64,000 bases of DNA from NCBI GenBank assembly GCA_004799545.1, contig SSMU01000019.1, positions 151-64,150 of the forward strand. The letters are read 5' to 3'. The notes beneath the pieces are model-generated. The model saw only the letters and a program-made list of their open reading frames with translations. It was not told the origin of the DNA and made no database searches. The stretch comes from Phenylobacterium sp. (GTDB taxonomy: Bacteria; Pseudomonadota; Alphaproteobacteria; Caulobacterales; Caulobacteraceae). This document shows positions 53,742 to 63,344 of the stretch, piece after piece; the stretch's first letter is position 1, and every line of letters begins with the position of its first letter. The position numbers were made by a program, and so were the translations under genes.

Positions 53742-56186
53742 TCAGTCGGCGGCCACGGCCCGTCCGGCGGCCTGGGCGGCGATCACCGCCCGGCCCTCGC
53801 GCTCGGCGATCCGCCGGAAGGTGGCCAGCGCCTGACCGACGACCTGGTCCATGTTGTAGTAGCGATAGGTCGCCAGACGTCCGACGAACTGCACCCCTTG
53901 GGTCTCCAGGGCGAGGGCCTCGTAGCGCTTGTAGAGGGCCTGGTTCTCGGGCCGCGGCACCGGATAGTAGGGGTCGCCTTCAGCCTGCGGGTACTCGTAG
54001 GTGACGGTGGTCTTGCGGGCCGACTGCCCGGTCATGTGCTTGTATTCGCTGATCCGGGTGTAGGGCACGGCTTCGTCGGGATAGTTCACCGTGCCGACCG
54101 GCTGGAACCACTCCTGGTCCAGGGTCTCGTGGCGGAAGGCCAGGCTGCGGTAGGGCAGCTTGCCGTACCGGAAGTCGAAATACTCGTCGATCGGGCCGGT
54201 GAAGATCAGCCGGTCGTAGTCCGCCTCGTCGCGCACATCCTCGAAATCGACGCCGACCTCGACGGTCACCCCGGCCTGGTCGAGCATGTTCTCGAACATC
54301 CGCGTGTAGCCCTCGGCGGGCATGTTCTGGAACTTGTCGGTGAAGTAGCGGTCGTCGGTGTTGGTGCGGGTCGGAACCCGCGCGGTGACCGACTTGTCCA
54401 GCTCGGAGGGATCCATGCCCCACTGCTTGCGCGTGTAGCCCTGGAAGAAGGTCTCGTAGAGCTCGCGGCCCACCGCGGAGACCACCACGTCTTCCGACGT
54501 GCGGATCTTCTCCACCGGCTCGGCGCGCGACTTCAGATAGGCCTCCGCCGCCTCGTCGGACTGCAGATCGAGGCCGTAGAGGGTGTTCAGGGTCGTGCGG
54601 TTGATCGGGATCGGCACGTGCAGGCCGCCCCGCAGGCAGCCCAGCACCCTGTGCTCATACGGCCGCCACCTGGTGAATTGCGAGAGGTAGGCCGCGACCT
54701 CGTCGGAGTTGGTGTGGAAGATGTGCGGGCCATAGCGGTGCATCAAGACGCCCGCGGCGTCCTTCTCGTCATAGGCGTTGCCGCCGATGTGCATCCGCCG
54801 GTCGACCAGCATGACGCGCTTGCCGAGCTGGCTGGTCAGCCGTTCGGCCAGCACCGAGCCCGCGAAGCCGGCGCCGACGATCAGATAGTCGAACGGCTTC
54901 TTGTGCGACGACGGCCGGATCACCGGCGAGGGCAGGATCGTCGCGCCTCTATCGACCGCCGCCGCGGGGTCGCGCTTGGCGATCGCGCGCGCGATCTCCA
55001 GGTTCATCCGCCCGAAGGTCTCGTCCCACGACAGGGCGGCGAGCGCATTGTCCACGGCCTTCAGCCAGTCACCCCTGACGCGCGAGAGCGCCAGGGCCTG
55101 GTCGCAGGCGGCGACGAACTCCTCGGCCGTCGCAGCGATCTTCACCGCTTCCAGGTCGCCGTAGTGGCGCGCCACGTCGACGATCGGCGTCGAGACCACC
55201 GGCCGGCCGCCGGCCAGGTATTCCGGCGTCTTGGTTGGACTGATGAAGCGCGTCGACTCGTTGATGGCGAACGGCATCAGGGCGACGTCCCAGCCGGCCA
55301 GGTAGCGCGGCAGTTCCTCGTAGTCCTTGCCGCCGAGGTAGTGGATGTTCGCCCGCTTCGGCAGGTCGTCGGGATTGATCTTCACCACCGGCCCGAGGAT
55401 CACCAGGCTCCAGTCGGGCCGTGCGTCGGCGAGCGCCGCCAGCAGGGCGAGGTCCATCCGCTCGTCCACCACGCCGTAGAAGCCGAGCCGCGGCCACGGC
55501 AGGCCAGCCTGGTCGTCCGGTTCGCCGCGCAGCACGCGGGCCTTGGCGAAGTGGCCGCGGTCAACGCTCGACGGGAACGGGTGGATGTTCGGGTGGCGGT
55601 CGCGCTTTGCTTCCCAGAGACTGTAGCCGCCGGTGAACACCACGTCGGCGATCGACATCAGCTCGCGCTCGAGCAGGGTCAGCTCCGGCGGGGCGAACTT
55701 GAAGTTCGCCAGCTCGTCCATGCAGTCATAGACCGTGCAGACCGCCTCGATGTGCCGCGAGAACGGCAGCATCATGGGCGTGTAGTACCAGCGGATGATG
55801 TCGCCCTCGACGGTGGCGAGCACGGTGTCCAGCAGGCCGCGGATCATGGCCTCGTGATCCTCGCCGGGCGAGCCGTCCGGCAGGACGGGCGTCAGCACCA
55901 CCACGCCGCTCTCGGCGCAGACGTTGCTGTCCAGCCGCGGCGTGCGCTCCGGCGGGCCGAACACCGGCTCCTCCCAGACGATCACCCGCCGCTCCTTGGC
56001 GAAGCGGGTCATCAGGTGTTGCGGACGCTGGAAGACGAAATTCCACCGGAGGTGGGAAAAACAGATCAGGGTCTGCCGACCCCGAGGACGCGGCCCGGAT
56101 TGGACGGAAAACGACGCAGCGCCAGTGGCGCTTGGGAACTGCTCAGAGTCCAAGGACGCATTCCTCTTTCGATAAAGCCGACACAC
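53742..56186 (-). CDS. fusion protein: N-terminal glycosyltransferase-like domain + C-terminal UDP-galactopyranose mutase
   Basis: The C-terminal 370 aa are UGM-like (DYLIVGAGFAGSVLAERL...GPHIFHTN...FFQGYTRKQWG...YPVP). The N-terminal 430 aa begin ..LICFSHLRWNFVFQRPQHLMTRF.. (GT1-like). The start is uncertain: GTG 56186, or TTG 56153 after AAGAGGA. Confidence 0.8.
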   Translation of the reverse strand: MCRLYRKRNASLDSEQFPSATGAASFSVQSGPRPRGRQTLICFSHLRWNFVFQRPQHLMTRFAKERRVIVWEEPVFGPPERTPRLDSNVCAESGVVVLTPVLPDGSPGEDHEAMIRGLLDTVLATVEGDIIRWYYTPMMLPFSRHIEAVCTVYDCMDELANFKFAPPELTLLERELMSIADVVFTGGYSLWEAKRDRHPNIHPFPSSVDRGHFAKARVLRGEPDDQAGLPWPRLGFYGVVDERMDLALLAALADARPDWSLVILGPVVKINPDDLPKRANIHYLGGKDYEELPRYLAGWDVALMPFAINESTRFISPTKTPEYLAGGRPVVSTPIVDVARHYGDLEAVKIAATAEEFVAACDQALALSRVRGDWLKAVDNALAALSWDETFGRMNLEIARAIAKRDPAAAVDRGATILPSPVIRPSSHKKPFDYLIVGAGFAGSVLAERLTSQLGKRVMLVDRRMHIGGNAYDEKDAAGVLMHRYGPHIFHTNSDEVAAYLSQFTRWRPYEHRVLGCLRGGLHVPIPINRTTLNTLYGLDLQSDEAAEAYLKSRAEPVEKIRTSEDVVVSAVGRELYETFFQGYTRKQWGMDPSELDKSVTARVPTRTNTDDRYFTDKFQNMPAEGYTRMFENMLDQAGVTVEVGVDFEDVRDEADYDRLIFTGPIDEYFDFRYGKLPYRSLAFRHETLDQEWFQPVGTVNYPDEAVPYTRISEYKHMTGQSARKTTVTYEYPQAEGDPYYPVPRPENQALYKRYEALALETQGVQFVGRLATYRYYNMDQVVGQALATFRRIAEREGRAVIAAQAAGRAVAAD

Positions 56187-56261
56187 GAAGCCCGTTGGAA
56201 CAACCCGCGAGAGCCGGTTTGGTTCCTTGGATCAGCGCGCGACTTGCTGATTTAATTCAGT

Positions 56262-56301
56262 AATCAAAAGATCAGCAGATGTCAGGACTGACACACTGAT
56301 C
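56262..56301 (-). terminator. terminator-like nested hairpin after galE
   Basis: GATCAG (56270-56275) pairs with CTGATC (56296-56301), enclosing TGTCAG (56280-56285) paired with CTGACA (56288-93). On the minus strand it is followed by CTTTTGATT. Confidence 0.4.
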
Positions 56302-56319
56302 AGTTTGTCGGCCAGCCGA

Positions 56320-57372
56320 CTATTGAGTAGGCGCCTTCGACAACCGGCCGCCCTGGGCGCGATGTCCCGCACCATAGGCGGGGTCCTGCTCCCAGCGCAG
56401 GGCGTCGGTGACGATCCGGTCGAGGTCCGAGCACTTCGCGGACCAGTTGAGCAATTCGACGGCGCGGGCCGGGTCGGCCACGAGGCTCGGCGGATCGCCG
56501 GCCCGGCGGGCGCCGGTCGCGTAGGGCACTGGCCGGCCGAGCGCGCGGCCCACGGCCTCGACCACCTGCAGCACCGAGCGGCCCTGGCCCGTGCCGACGT
56601 TGACCGCCTCGAAGGCGCCCGCCGGCAGATCGACCTGTAACGCCGCCACGTGGGCCGCGGCGAGGTCGCTGACGTGGATATAGTCGCGCAGGCAGGTCCC
56701 GTCCGGGGTGTCGAAGTCCTGGCCGAACACGGTCAAGGGCTTGCCGCGGCCGAGGCCGGCGGCGATCGCCAGGGGGATCAGATGCGTCTCGGGCTCGTGC
56801 GCCTCGCCGATCTCGCCGGAAGGGTCGGCGCCAGCGGCGTTGAAATAGCGCAAGGCCACGGCGCTGAGGCCATAGGCGCGGCAGGCGGCGGCGATCATCC
56901 ACTCGCAGGCGAGCTTGGTGTCGCCGTAGGGGCTGGCCGGCGCCTTGGGCGCGTCCTCGCCGATGGTCTCCAGCGGCCCGCGGCCGCCCTGGCCGTAGAC
57001 GGCGGCGCTTGAGGAGAACACCAGCCGGTCGACGTCGCGTTCGCGCAGGGCGGCCAGCAGGCTGACCGTCCCGGAGACGTTGATGTCCCAGAACAGGTCC
57101 GGCCGCGCCACCGAGCGGCCGACCTCGATCAGGCCGGCGAAGTGAATGACCGCCTTCACGCCGTGGGCGTCGATCGCCTCACCGAGCGCGCGCGCATCGC
57201 GGATGTCGCCATGGACGAAGGCGCCCCAGCGCGCCGCCTCGCGGAAGCCAGAACTGAGATCATCGAAGACGACCGGGAGAAAGCCCTGTTCATACAAGGC
57301 CTTCGCGGTGTGCGTTCCAATATAGCCTGCGCCGCCCGTGACCAGGACGGCCGGTCTCGTTCCCCGATCCAT
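56320..57372 (-). CDS. galE: UDP-glucose 4-epimerase
   Basis: VLVTGGAGYIGTHTAKAL...SSSAAVYG...YGDTKLACE... are the SDR Rossmann and YxxxK motifs of GalE. ATG 57372. Confidence 0.9.
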   Translation of the reverse strand: MDRGTRPAVLVTGGAGYIGTHTAKALYEQGFLPVVFDDLSSGFREAARWGAFVHGDIRDARALGEAIDAHGVKAVIHFAGLIEVGRSVARPDLFWDINVSGTVSLLAALRERDVDRLVFSSSAAVYGQGGRGPLETIGEDAPKAPASPYGDTKLACEWMIAAACRAYGLSAVALRYFNAAGADPSGEIGEAHEPETHLIPLAIAAGLGRGKPLTVFGQDFDTPDGTCLRDYIHVSDLAAAHVAALQVDLPAGAFEAVNVGTGQGRSVLQVVEAVGRALGRPVPYATGARRAGDPPSLVADPARAVELLNWSAKCSDLDRIVTDALRWEQDPAYGAGHRAQGGRLSKAPTQ

Positions 57373-57487
57373 GAGTGCGCAATCCTCCGCCCGAGGCAGA
57401 GTTCCATGGCCGAACATTGGTTTATTGGAACAATTCGGAAAGGGGCGGGCTTTGACTCCCGGGATATGACGGGAAAGCCAGGGCTTG

Positions 57488-59752
57488 ATGCGCCAGCTGG
57501 AGCTGTGGGGCGGTCACGAATGCACCGTCAACCGCGTCGGCGAGGTGGTCTATGACCAGACCGCCCGGTCGGGCCACGAACACCGCATCGACGACCTCGA
57601 CCGGTTCGCCGCGCTCGGCCTCAAGGCGCTGCGCTATCCGGTGCTCTGGGAGCGGGTCGCGCCGCAGGCGCCTGACCAGCATGACTGGCGCTGGACTGAC
57701 AGCCGGCTAAGGCGGATCCGCGCGCTCGGCATGCGCCCGATCGCCGGCCTGCTGCACCACGGCAGCGGGCCGAAATACACCAGCCTCTTGGACGACGGCT
57801 TCGCGCCCGCCTTCGCCGGTTACGCCCGGGCCGTCGCCGAGCGCTATCCGTGGATCGAGGACTGGACGCCGATCAACGAGCCGCTGACCACCGCGCGGTT
57901 CTCGGCGCTGTACGGCCACTGGTATCCGCACCTGACCGACGAGCCCCTGTTCTGGACGGCGCTGGTCAACCAGGTCGAGGCCACGGCCGCGGCGATGCGC
58001 GAGATCCGCGCCGTGCGGCCGGACGCCCGGCTGATCCAGACCGAAGACCTCGGCCTGACCTATTCGACGCGGCCGCTCGCCCATCAGGCGGATTTCGACA
58101 ACGCGCGGCGCTGGATGACCTGGGACCTGCTGACGGGCCGCGTCACACCCGGCCACCCGCTGTGGCGGCGGCTGGAGGACTTCGGCCTGGGCGAGCGGCT
58201 CCGCCGGCTGGCTGACGCCCCCTGCCCGCCCGATGTGATCGGCCTCAACCACTACCTGACCAGCGACCGGTTCCTGGACCACCAGGTGGAGAACTATCCG
58301 CCCGAACGGATCGGCGGGAACGACTTCATGGCCTTCGCCGACGTGGAGGCGGTGCGGGTGGTGCTGCCGCAGGGCGGCGGACTGGAAGGTGCGCTGGACG
58401 AAGCCTGGGCTCGCTATGGCCTGCCGCTGGCGGTGACCGAGAGCCACAACGGCTGCACCCGCGAGGAGCAGGTGCGCTGGCTGCGCGAGGCCTGGGACAC
58501 CGCCCATCGCGTGCGCGGCCGCGGCGTGGAGGTGCAGGCGGTGACCGCCTGGGCGCTGCTCGGGACCTTCGACTGGAACAGCCTGATCACCCGCCAGACC
58601 GGCCACTACGAGGCAGGGGCCTTCGACGTGCGGTCGGATCCGCCGCGGCCGACGGCGCTGGCCGCCGAGCTCGCCCGGATCGGCGGCGCCAAGCCGGCCG
58701 AACCGCATCCCGCGACGCAGGGGCCCGGCTGGTGGCGGCGCGACATCCGGATGGCCTTCCGACCGGTGTTCCGCGCCGTCGAGACGCCGGAGCCGAGGCG
58801 CGCCTGGCGGACTGCTGACGCGCCCGCCCGACCCCTGCTGATCGTCGGCGCGACCGGGACGCTGGGCAAGGCGCTGGCGCGGGCCTGCGAGTGGCGGGGC
58901 ATCGACTACCGCCTCACCGGGCGCAGCGAACTGTCGCTGGACGACGCCTGCTCCATCGCCAGGACGCTGGACGAGGCGGAGCCCTGGGCGGTGATCAACG
59001 CTGCGGGCTGGGTGCGGGTCGACGAGGCCGAGCAGCAGGAAGCGGCTTGCCTGGCGGCCAATGCCGACGGCGCCGTGCGGCTGGCCCGGGCCTGCCGCGA
59101 CCGCGACCTGCCGTTCGTGGGCTTCTCCAGCGACCTGGTGTTCGACGGCCGCAAGGGCTCCCCCTACGTCGAGACCGACGCGCCCTGCCCGCTGGGTGTC
59201 TATGGCCTGAGCAAGGCGCGGGCCGAGCAGGAGGTGCTGGCGCTCGGCGGGCGCGCCCTGATGGTGCGAACCGCGGCGTTCTTCTCGCCCTTCGACCCCC
59301 ACAACTTCGCCGCCCATGTGCTGCGCGCCCTGGCCGGTGACCAGGACGTCCAGGCGGCCGGCGACCTGGTCGTCTCGCCGACCTATGTCCCGGACCTCGT
59401 CGAGGCGGCGCTCGACCTCGCCATCGACGGCGAGACCGGACTGCGCCACCTGGCCAACAGCGGCGAGGTCTCCTGGGCGGAGTTCGGCCGACGGATCGCC
59501 GAGGCGGCGGGCTTCGATGCGGCGCTGGTGAAGGCCGTCCCGGGCGCGAGCTTCGGCTGGGCGGCGGCGCGGCCGGGCCTGGCGGCGCTGGGCACGGCGC
59601 GCGGCCAGATCATGCCCTCGCTCGACAACGCCATCGATCGCTATGCCACGATGATCTCCTCCGCCGCCTTCACGGCCGAGGCGGAGGCGCAGGTCGAAGG
59701 CGCGCCGGAAACCCGGGCCGTGCGCCGCGGCGCACGGGTCAGCCAAGCCTAG
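57488..59752 (+). CDS. fusion protein: GH1-like glycoside hydrolase domain + RmlD-like (dTDP-4-dehydrorhamnose reductase family) domain
   Basis: The N-terminal domain has candidate catalytic Glu motifs (TPINEPL and AVTESHNG). The C-terminal domain has IVGATGTLG and a YGLSK (YxxxK) motif, as in RmlD. There is no signal peptide. Confidence 0.75.
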   Translation: MRQLELWGGHECTVNRVGEVVYDQTARSGHEHRIDDLDRFAALGLKALRYPVLWERVAPQAPDQHDWRWTDSRLRRIRALGMRPIAGLLHHGSGPKYTSLLDDGFAPAFAGYARAVAERYPWIEDWTPINEPLTTARFSALYGHWYPHLTDEPLFWTALVNQVEATAAAMREIRAVRPDARLIQTEDLGLTYSTRPLAHQADFDNARRWMTWDLLTGRVTPGHPLWRRLEDFGLGERLRRLADAPCPPDVIGLNHYLTSDRFLDHQVENYPPERIGGNDFMAFADVEAVRVVLPQGGGLEGALDEAWARYGLPLAVTESHNGCTREEQVRWLREAWDTAHRVRGRGVEVQAVTAWALLGTFDWNSLITRQTGHYEAGAFDVRSDPPRPTALAAELARIGGAKPAEPHPATQGPGWWRRDIRMAFRPVFRAVETPEPRRAWRTADAPARPLLIVGATGTLGKALARACEWRGIDYRLTGRSELSLDDACSIARTLDEAEPWAVINAAGWVRVDEAEQQEAACLAANADGAVRLARACRDRDLPFVGFSSDLVFDGRKGSPYVETDAPCPLGVYGLSKARAEQEVLALGGRALMVRTAAFFSPFDPHNFAAHVLRALAGDQDVQAAGDLVVSPTYVPDLVEAALDLAIDGETGLRHLANSGEVSWAEFGRRIAEAAGFDAALVKAVPGASFGWAAARPGLAALGTARGQIMPSLDNAIDRYATMISSAAFTAEAEAQVEGAPETRAVRRGARVSQA

Positions 59753-59955
59753 TTGGGCCGAGGCAGCAGGTCGCCGTTGTCCTGGCCGAGGAAGGCCTCC
59801 TCATTGTCGGACAGCATCTCGTCGAGGGCGTCGATGATGGCGTCGAGCTGCTCAGGGCTGGCCGCGAAGTCCATCTTCTCGCCGGCGGTGTCCTCCAGAT
59901 GGATCACGAAGTCGTCCGCGCGCACCGAGATCGCGAACCGGGCCAGCTGTTTCAT
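59749..59955 (-). CDS. hypothetical small acidic protein (68 aa)
   Basis: ATG 59955 (MKQLARFAISVRADDFVIHLEDTAGEKMDFAASPEQLDAIIDALDEML..). GC-rich third positions. No family is recognised. Confidence 0.45.
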   Translation of the reverse strand: MKQLARFAISVRADDFVIHLEDTAGEKMDFAASPEQLDAIIDALDEMLSDNEEAFLGQDNGDLLPRPN

Positions 59956-60006
59956 CACCGACGTCCTCAAAGCCTGGCCTGCTAAACCGCAGCCGGCCGC
60001 AATGGT

Positions 60007-60630
60007 TCAGTCGCGATTGCGCATGGCCTCGATGACGCGCTTCGCCTTCTCGGCCGTTTCGGCGACCGACTGGCCCGCCCGGTAGAGCTCGCCGCCCAGG
60101 CCGAAGGCCCGCGCGCCCGCCGCCCACCAAGCCGCCATGTCCTCGGCGCCAACCCCGCCCACCGCCCAGACCACCGCCTCGGGCGGCAACACGGCCTTGA
60201 GCTGCTTCAGGTGCACCGGGCCATAGGTGACGGCCGGGAACAGCTTCAGGTGGCGCGCGCCCGCCTCGATCGCCACGAACGCCTCGGTGGCGGTGGCGAA
60301 GCCGGGTGCGGGGTCGAGCTTGAGGGCGACAGCGCGGCGGATCACCTCGGTCGAGGTGTTGGGCGAGACGATGATCCGGCCGCCGGCCTTGGCTACCTCA
60401 TCGACGCGGTCGGCGTGCAACACCGTGCCGGCGCCGGTCACCATGCGGTCGCCGAACGCTTCGGCGAGTCGGCGAATGCTCTCGATCGGCTCCGGCGAAT
60501 TGAGCGGCACCTCGACGCCGCGCACGCCGGCCTCGTGGAGCGCCTGGGCGTGGTCAACGACCTCGTCGGGACGGATGCCGCGGACGATCGCCACCACCGG
60601 GCATTCCGCCAGGGCCTCATCGAGGGTCAT
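60007..60630 (-). CDS. dgoA: 2-dehydro-3-deoxy-6-phosphogalactonate (KDPGal) aldolase
   Basis: ..PVVAIVRGIRPDEVVDHAQALHEAGVRGVEVPLNSP...GAGTVL...KLFPA.. is the KDPG/KDPGal aldolase pattern. ATG 60630 overlaps the dgoK stop codon (ATGA). Confidence 0.8.
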   Translation of the reverse strand: MTLDEALAECPVVAIVRGIRPDEVVDHAQALHEAGVRGVEVPLNSPEPIESIRRLAEAFGDRMVTGAGTVLHADRVDEVAKAGGRIIVSPNTSTEVIRRAVALKLDPAPGFATATEAFVAIEAGARHLKLFPAVTYGPVHLKQLKAVLPPEAVVWAVGGVGAEDMAAWWAAGARAFGLGGELYRAGQSVAETAEKAKRVIEAMRNRD

Positions 60631-61544
60631 GGGCGTGCTCCCAGCTGATAGAGGGCGAACAGGCCGGCCAGCGCGGCGGCTTCGCCGTCGAAGGTCTCCG
60701 ACCGGATGCCCCGCTGTTCGAAGGCGCGGGCATAGTGGGCGCACAGGGCTGCGTCGCCCAGCAGGGCCACCGACTGGTCGCGGTCGAGACCCAGGAGCCT
60801 CGGGACGGCGGCGACCTCGGCCCCGATCAACAGGCCCGAGAGATAGCTGGGCGTGCTCTCCGCCGGCCGGCCGCCGCCGACCACCCGGGCCCGCGCGGTG
60901 AACAGGCGCGCCGCCAGCGCATCGCCCTCCCCGGCCGCGGCCAGGCCTTCGTCGAAGGCCGCCGGGTCGTCGCTCGGCCCCTCGCCCTTCAGCACGCTGT
61001 GGCGGCTCAGGACCGCGAACAGCTCCCCGGTCATGGCGGTCACGAAACGGACGATGCGGCCGTCCTCGATCAGCACCCACTTGGCATGGGTGCCGGGATG
61101 GCAGACCACCTGGCGGCCGCGGCTGAGATCGGCGCGCTGCGCCGCCCAGCCGAGCAGCTGGGTCTCCTCGCCGCGCATCACGTCCGGCGATCCGGCCAGC
61201 CCCTGGCAGCGCAGGCCCGGGACGATCCGCACCGACGCCGCGCCCGCCTCGACGGCGATCAAGCCCGCGGCGAGTTCGGCCAGGCCAGCTGGGCAGTCGG
61301 CATAGGGCGCGACGGTCCAGCCGAGGGTCGAGCCCACCATGCCGCAGAGGATCGCCGGCAGGTGCTGCGCGTCGAGGGCTGGCCGGACCTCCGCCTGGAA
61401 GCGGCGCGCCGCCTCCCCCGGCGCGAGCTTGGAGACCCCCAGTTCGAACTCGCGGTGGGCGACCACCGCCCCCTCGGCGTCGAGGGTCCAGGCGCGCAGG
61501 TTCGTGGTCCCCCAGTCGCAGGCGAGCAGGGCTGCGGCCATCAA
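60627..61544 (-). CDS. dgoK: 2-dehydro-3-deoxygalactonokinase
   Basis: LLACDWGTTNLRAWTLD...ILCGMVGSTLGW...VCHPGTHAKWV are DgoK family motifs. Confidence 0.85.
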   Translation of the reverse strand: MMAAALLACDWGTTNLRAWTLDAEGAVVAHREFELGVSKLAPGEAARRFQAEVRPALDAQHLPAILCGMVGSTLGWTVAPYADCPAGLAELAAGLIAVEAGAASVRIVPGLRCQGLAGSPDVMRGEETQLLGWAAQRADLSRGRQVVCHPGTHAKWVLIEDGRIVRFVTAMTGELFAVLSRHSVLKGEGPSDDPAAFDEGLAAAGEGDALAARLFTARARVVGGGRPAESTPSYLSGLLIGAEVAAVPRLLGLDRDQSVALLGDAALCAHYARAFEQRGIRSETFDGEAAALAGLFALYQLGARP

Positions 61545-63265
61545 TGGGATTCCCGGGTCACGTCGGCGCCGGACTTGCCGACCAGGAAGTCGAGGTCGAC
61601 GCCCTTGTCGGCCTGCAGCACGGTGTCGATGTAGAGCCGGTACCAGCCGCGGTCGTACGTCGAGGGCTGGCGGGCGGCCTCCCAGGCGGTGCGCCGGCGG
61701 GCCAGCTCGGCCTCGTCGACCAGAAGCTCCAGGCGGCGATTGGGGCCGTCGAACTCGATTTCGTCGCCGGTCTGGACCAGGGCCAGGGGCCCGCCGGCCG
61801 CGGACTCGGGCGCCACGTGCAGGATCACCGTGCCATAGGCGGTGCCGCTCATCCGGGCGTCGGAGATCCGGACCATGTCACGCACGCCCTGTTCCAGGAG
61901 CTTGCGCGGCAGGGCCATGTTGCCGACCTCCGGCATGCCCGGGTAGCCCCGCGGGCCGCAGCCCTTGAGCACCAGGATCGAGTCCGCGTCGACCGGCAGG
62001 TCTGGATCGTCGATGCGGGCGTGGTAGTCTTCGATGTCCTCGAACACCACGGCGCGGGCGTGGTGGGTGAGCAGGCCCGGCGTGGCGGCGCTGGGCTTCA
62101 GGATGGCGCCGTCCGGGCAGAGGTTGCCCTTCAGCACCCAGACCCCGGACGAGGGCCCGATCGGGGCCTCGCGCGTGCCGATCACCTCGCGGTTCCAGAC
62201 CTGGCCGGTCTCGGCGATCTCGCCTTGCGTCTTGCCGGTGACGGTGACCGCGTCGCGATGGAAGATGTCGCCCATCTCGGCCATCACCGCCGGCACGCCG
62301 CCAGCGTAGCAGAAGTCCTCCATCAGGTATTTGCCGGACGGCATCAGGTTGACCAGCAGCGGCACCTCGCGGGCGATCTCGTCGAAATCGTGCAGGTCGA
62401 GCGGCACGCCGACCCGGCCGGCCAGGGCCAGCAGGTGCACCACGGCGTTGGTCGAGCCGCCGGTGGCGGCGTGCATCAGGATGGCGTTCTCGAAGGCCTT
62501 GCGGGTGAGGATGTCCGAGGGCTTCACGTCGTCCTGCACCATCTGGACAATGCGATTGCCGGTCAGGTGGGCCAGCACGCGGCGCCGCGCGTCGACGGCC
62601 GGCAGGGCGGAGTTGTTCGGCAGGCTCATGCCCAGGGCTTCGACGATGGCCGACATGGTCGAGGCCGTACCCATGGTGTTGCAGGTGCCGGCCGAGCGGC
62701 TCATGGCGCTCTCGGCGGCCATGAAGTCAGCGAGGCTCATGTCGCCGGCGCGGACCTCCTCGGAGAACCGCCAGACGTCGGTGCCCGAGCCAATGTCCTG
62801 GCCGCGGAACTTGCCGTTCAGCATGGGCCCCGACGAGACGAAGATCGCCGGCAGGTCGACGCTGGCCGCGCCCATCAGGAGGCCCGGCGTGGTCTTGTCG
62901 CAGCCGCCCAACAGCACCACGCCGTCGATCGGATTGGCGCGGATCGACTCCTCGACCTCCATGGCCAGGAGGTTGCGGAACAGCATGGCCGTGGGCCGCA
63001 TCTGGGTCTCCGGCAGCGACATGGCCGGGAACTCGATCGGCACCCCGCCCGCCTCCCAGATCCCGCGCTTCACGAAGCCGGCGAGCTCGCGCAGATGCAC
63101 CTGGCAGGTGACCAGCTCGCTCCAGGTGTTGGCGATGCCGATGATCGGACGGCCATCAAAGACGTGGTCCGGCAGGCCGGTGGCCTTGATCCAGCTGCGG
63201 TGGATGAAGCCGTCGCGGTCGATCTTGCCGTAGCTCTTCTGACTGCGCAGCGGTCGCTTCGCCAT
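61541..63265 (-). CDS. IlvD/Edd family sugar-acid dehydratase
   Basis: ..PIIGIANTWSELVTCQVHL...LLGGCDKTTPGLLMGA...CNTMGTASTM...DARMSGTAYG.. are family motifs. The 574-aa size resembles xylonate/arabinonate dehydratases. Confidence 0.9.
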   Translation of the reverse strand: MAKRPLRSQKSYGKIDRDGFIHRSWIKATGLPDHVFDGRPIIGIANTWSELVTCQVHLRELAGFVKRGIWEAGGVPIEFPAMSLPETQMRPTAMLFRNLLAMEVEESIRANPIDGVVLLGGCDKTTPGLLMGAASVDLPAIFVSSGPMLNGKFRGQDIGSGTDVWRFSEEVRAGDMSLADFMAAESAMSRSAGTCNTMGTASTMSAIVEALGMSLPNNSALPAVDARRRVLAHLTGNRIVQMVQDDVKPSDILTRKAFENAILMHAATGGSTNAVVHLLALAGRVGVPLDLHDFDEIAREVPLLVNLMPSGKYLMEDFCYAGGVPAVMAEMGDIFHRDAVTVTGKTQGEIAETGQVWNREVIGTREAPIGPSSGVWVLKGNLCPDGAILKPSAATPGLLTHHARAVVFEDIEDYHARIDDPDLPVDADSILVLKGCGPRGYPGMPEVGNMALPRKLLEQGVRDMVRISDARMSGTAYGTVILHVAPESAAGGPLALVQTGDEIEFDGPNRRLELLVDEAELARRRTAWEAARQPSTYDRGWYRLYIDTVLQADKGVDLDFLVGKSGADVTRESH

Positions 63266-63344
63266 CCCGTCCCTCGAACTCTAAATCCAACGATACTCCC
63301 CGGGGGGGAAGAACCCCTCCGGCGGCGGCGGGTTCAGCCGCCAA

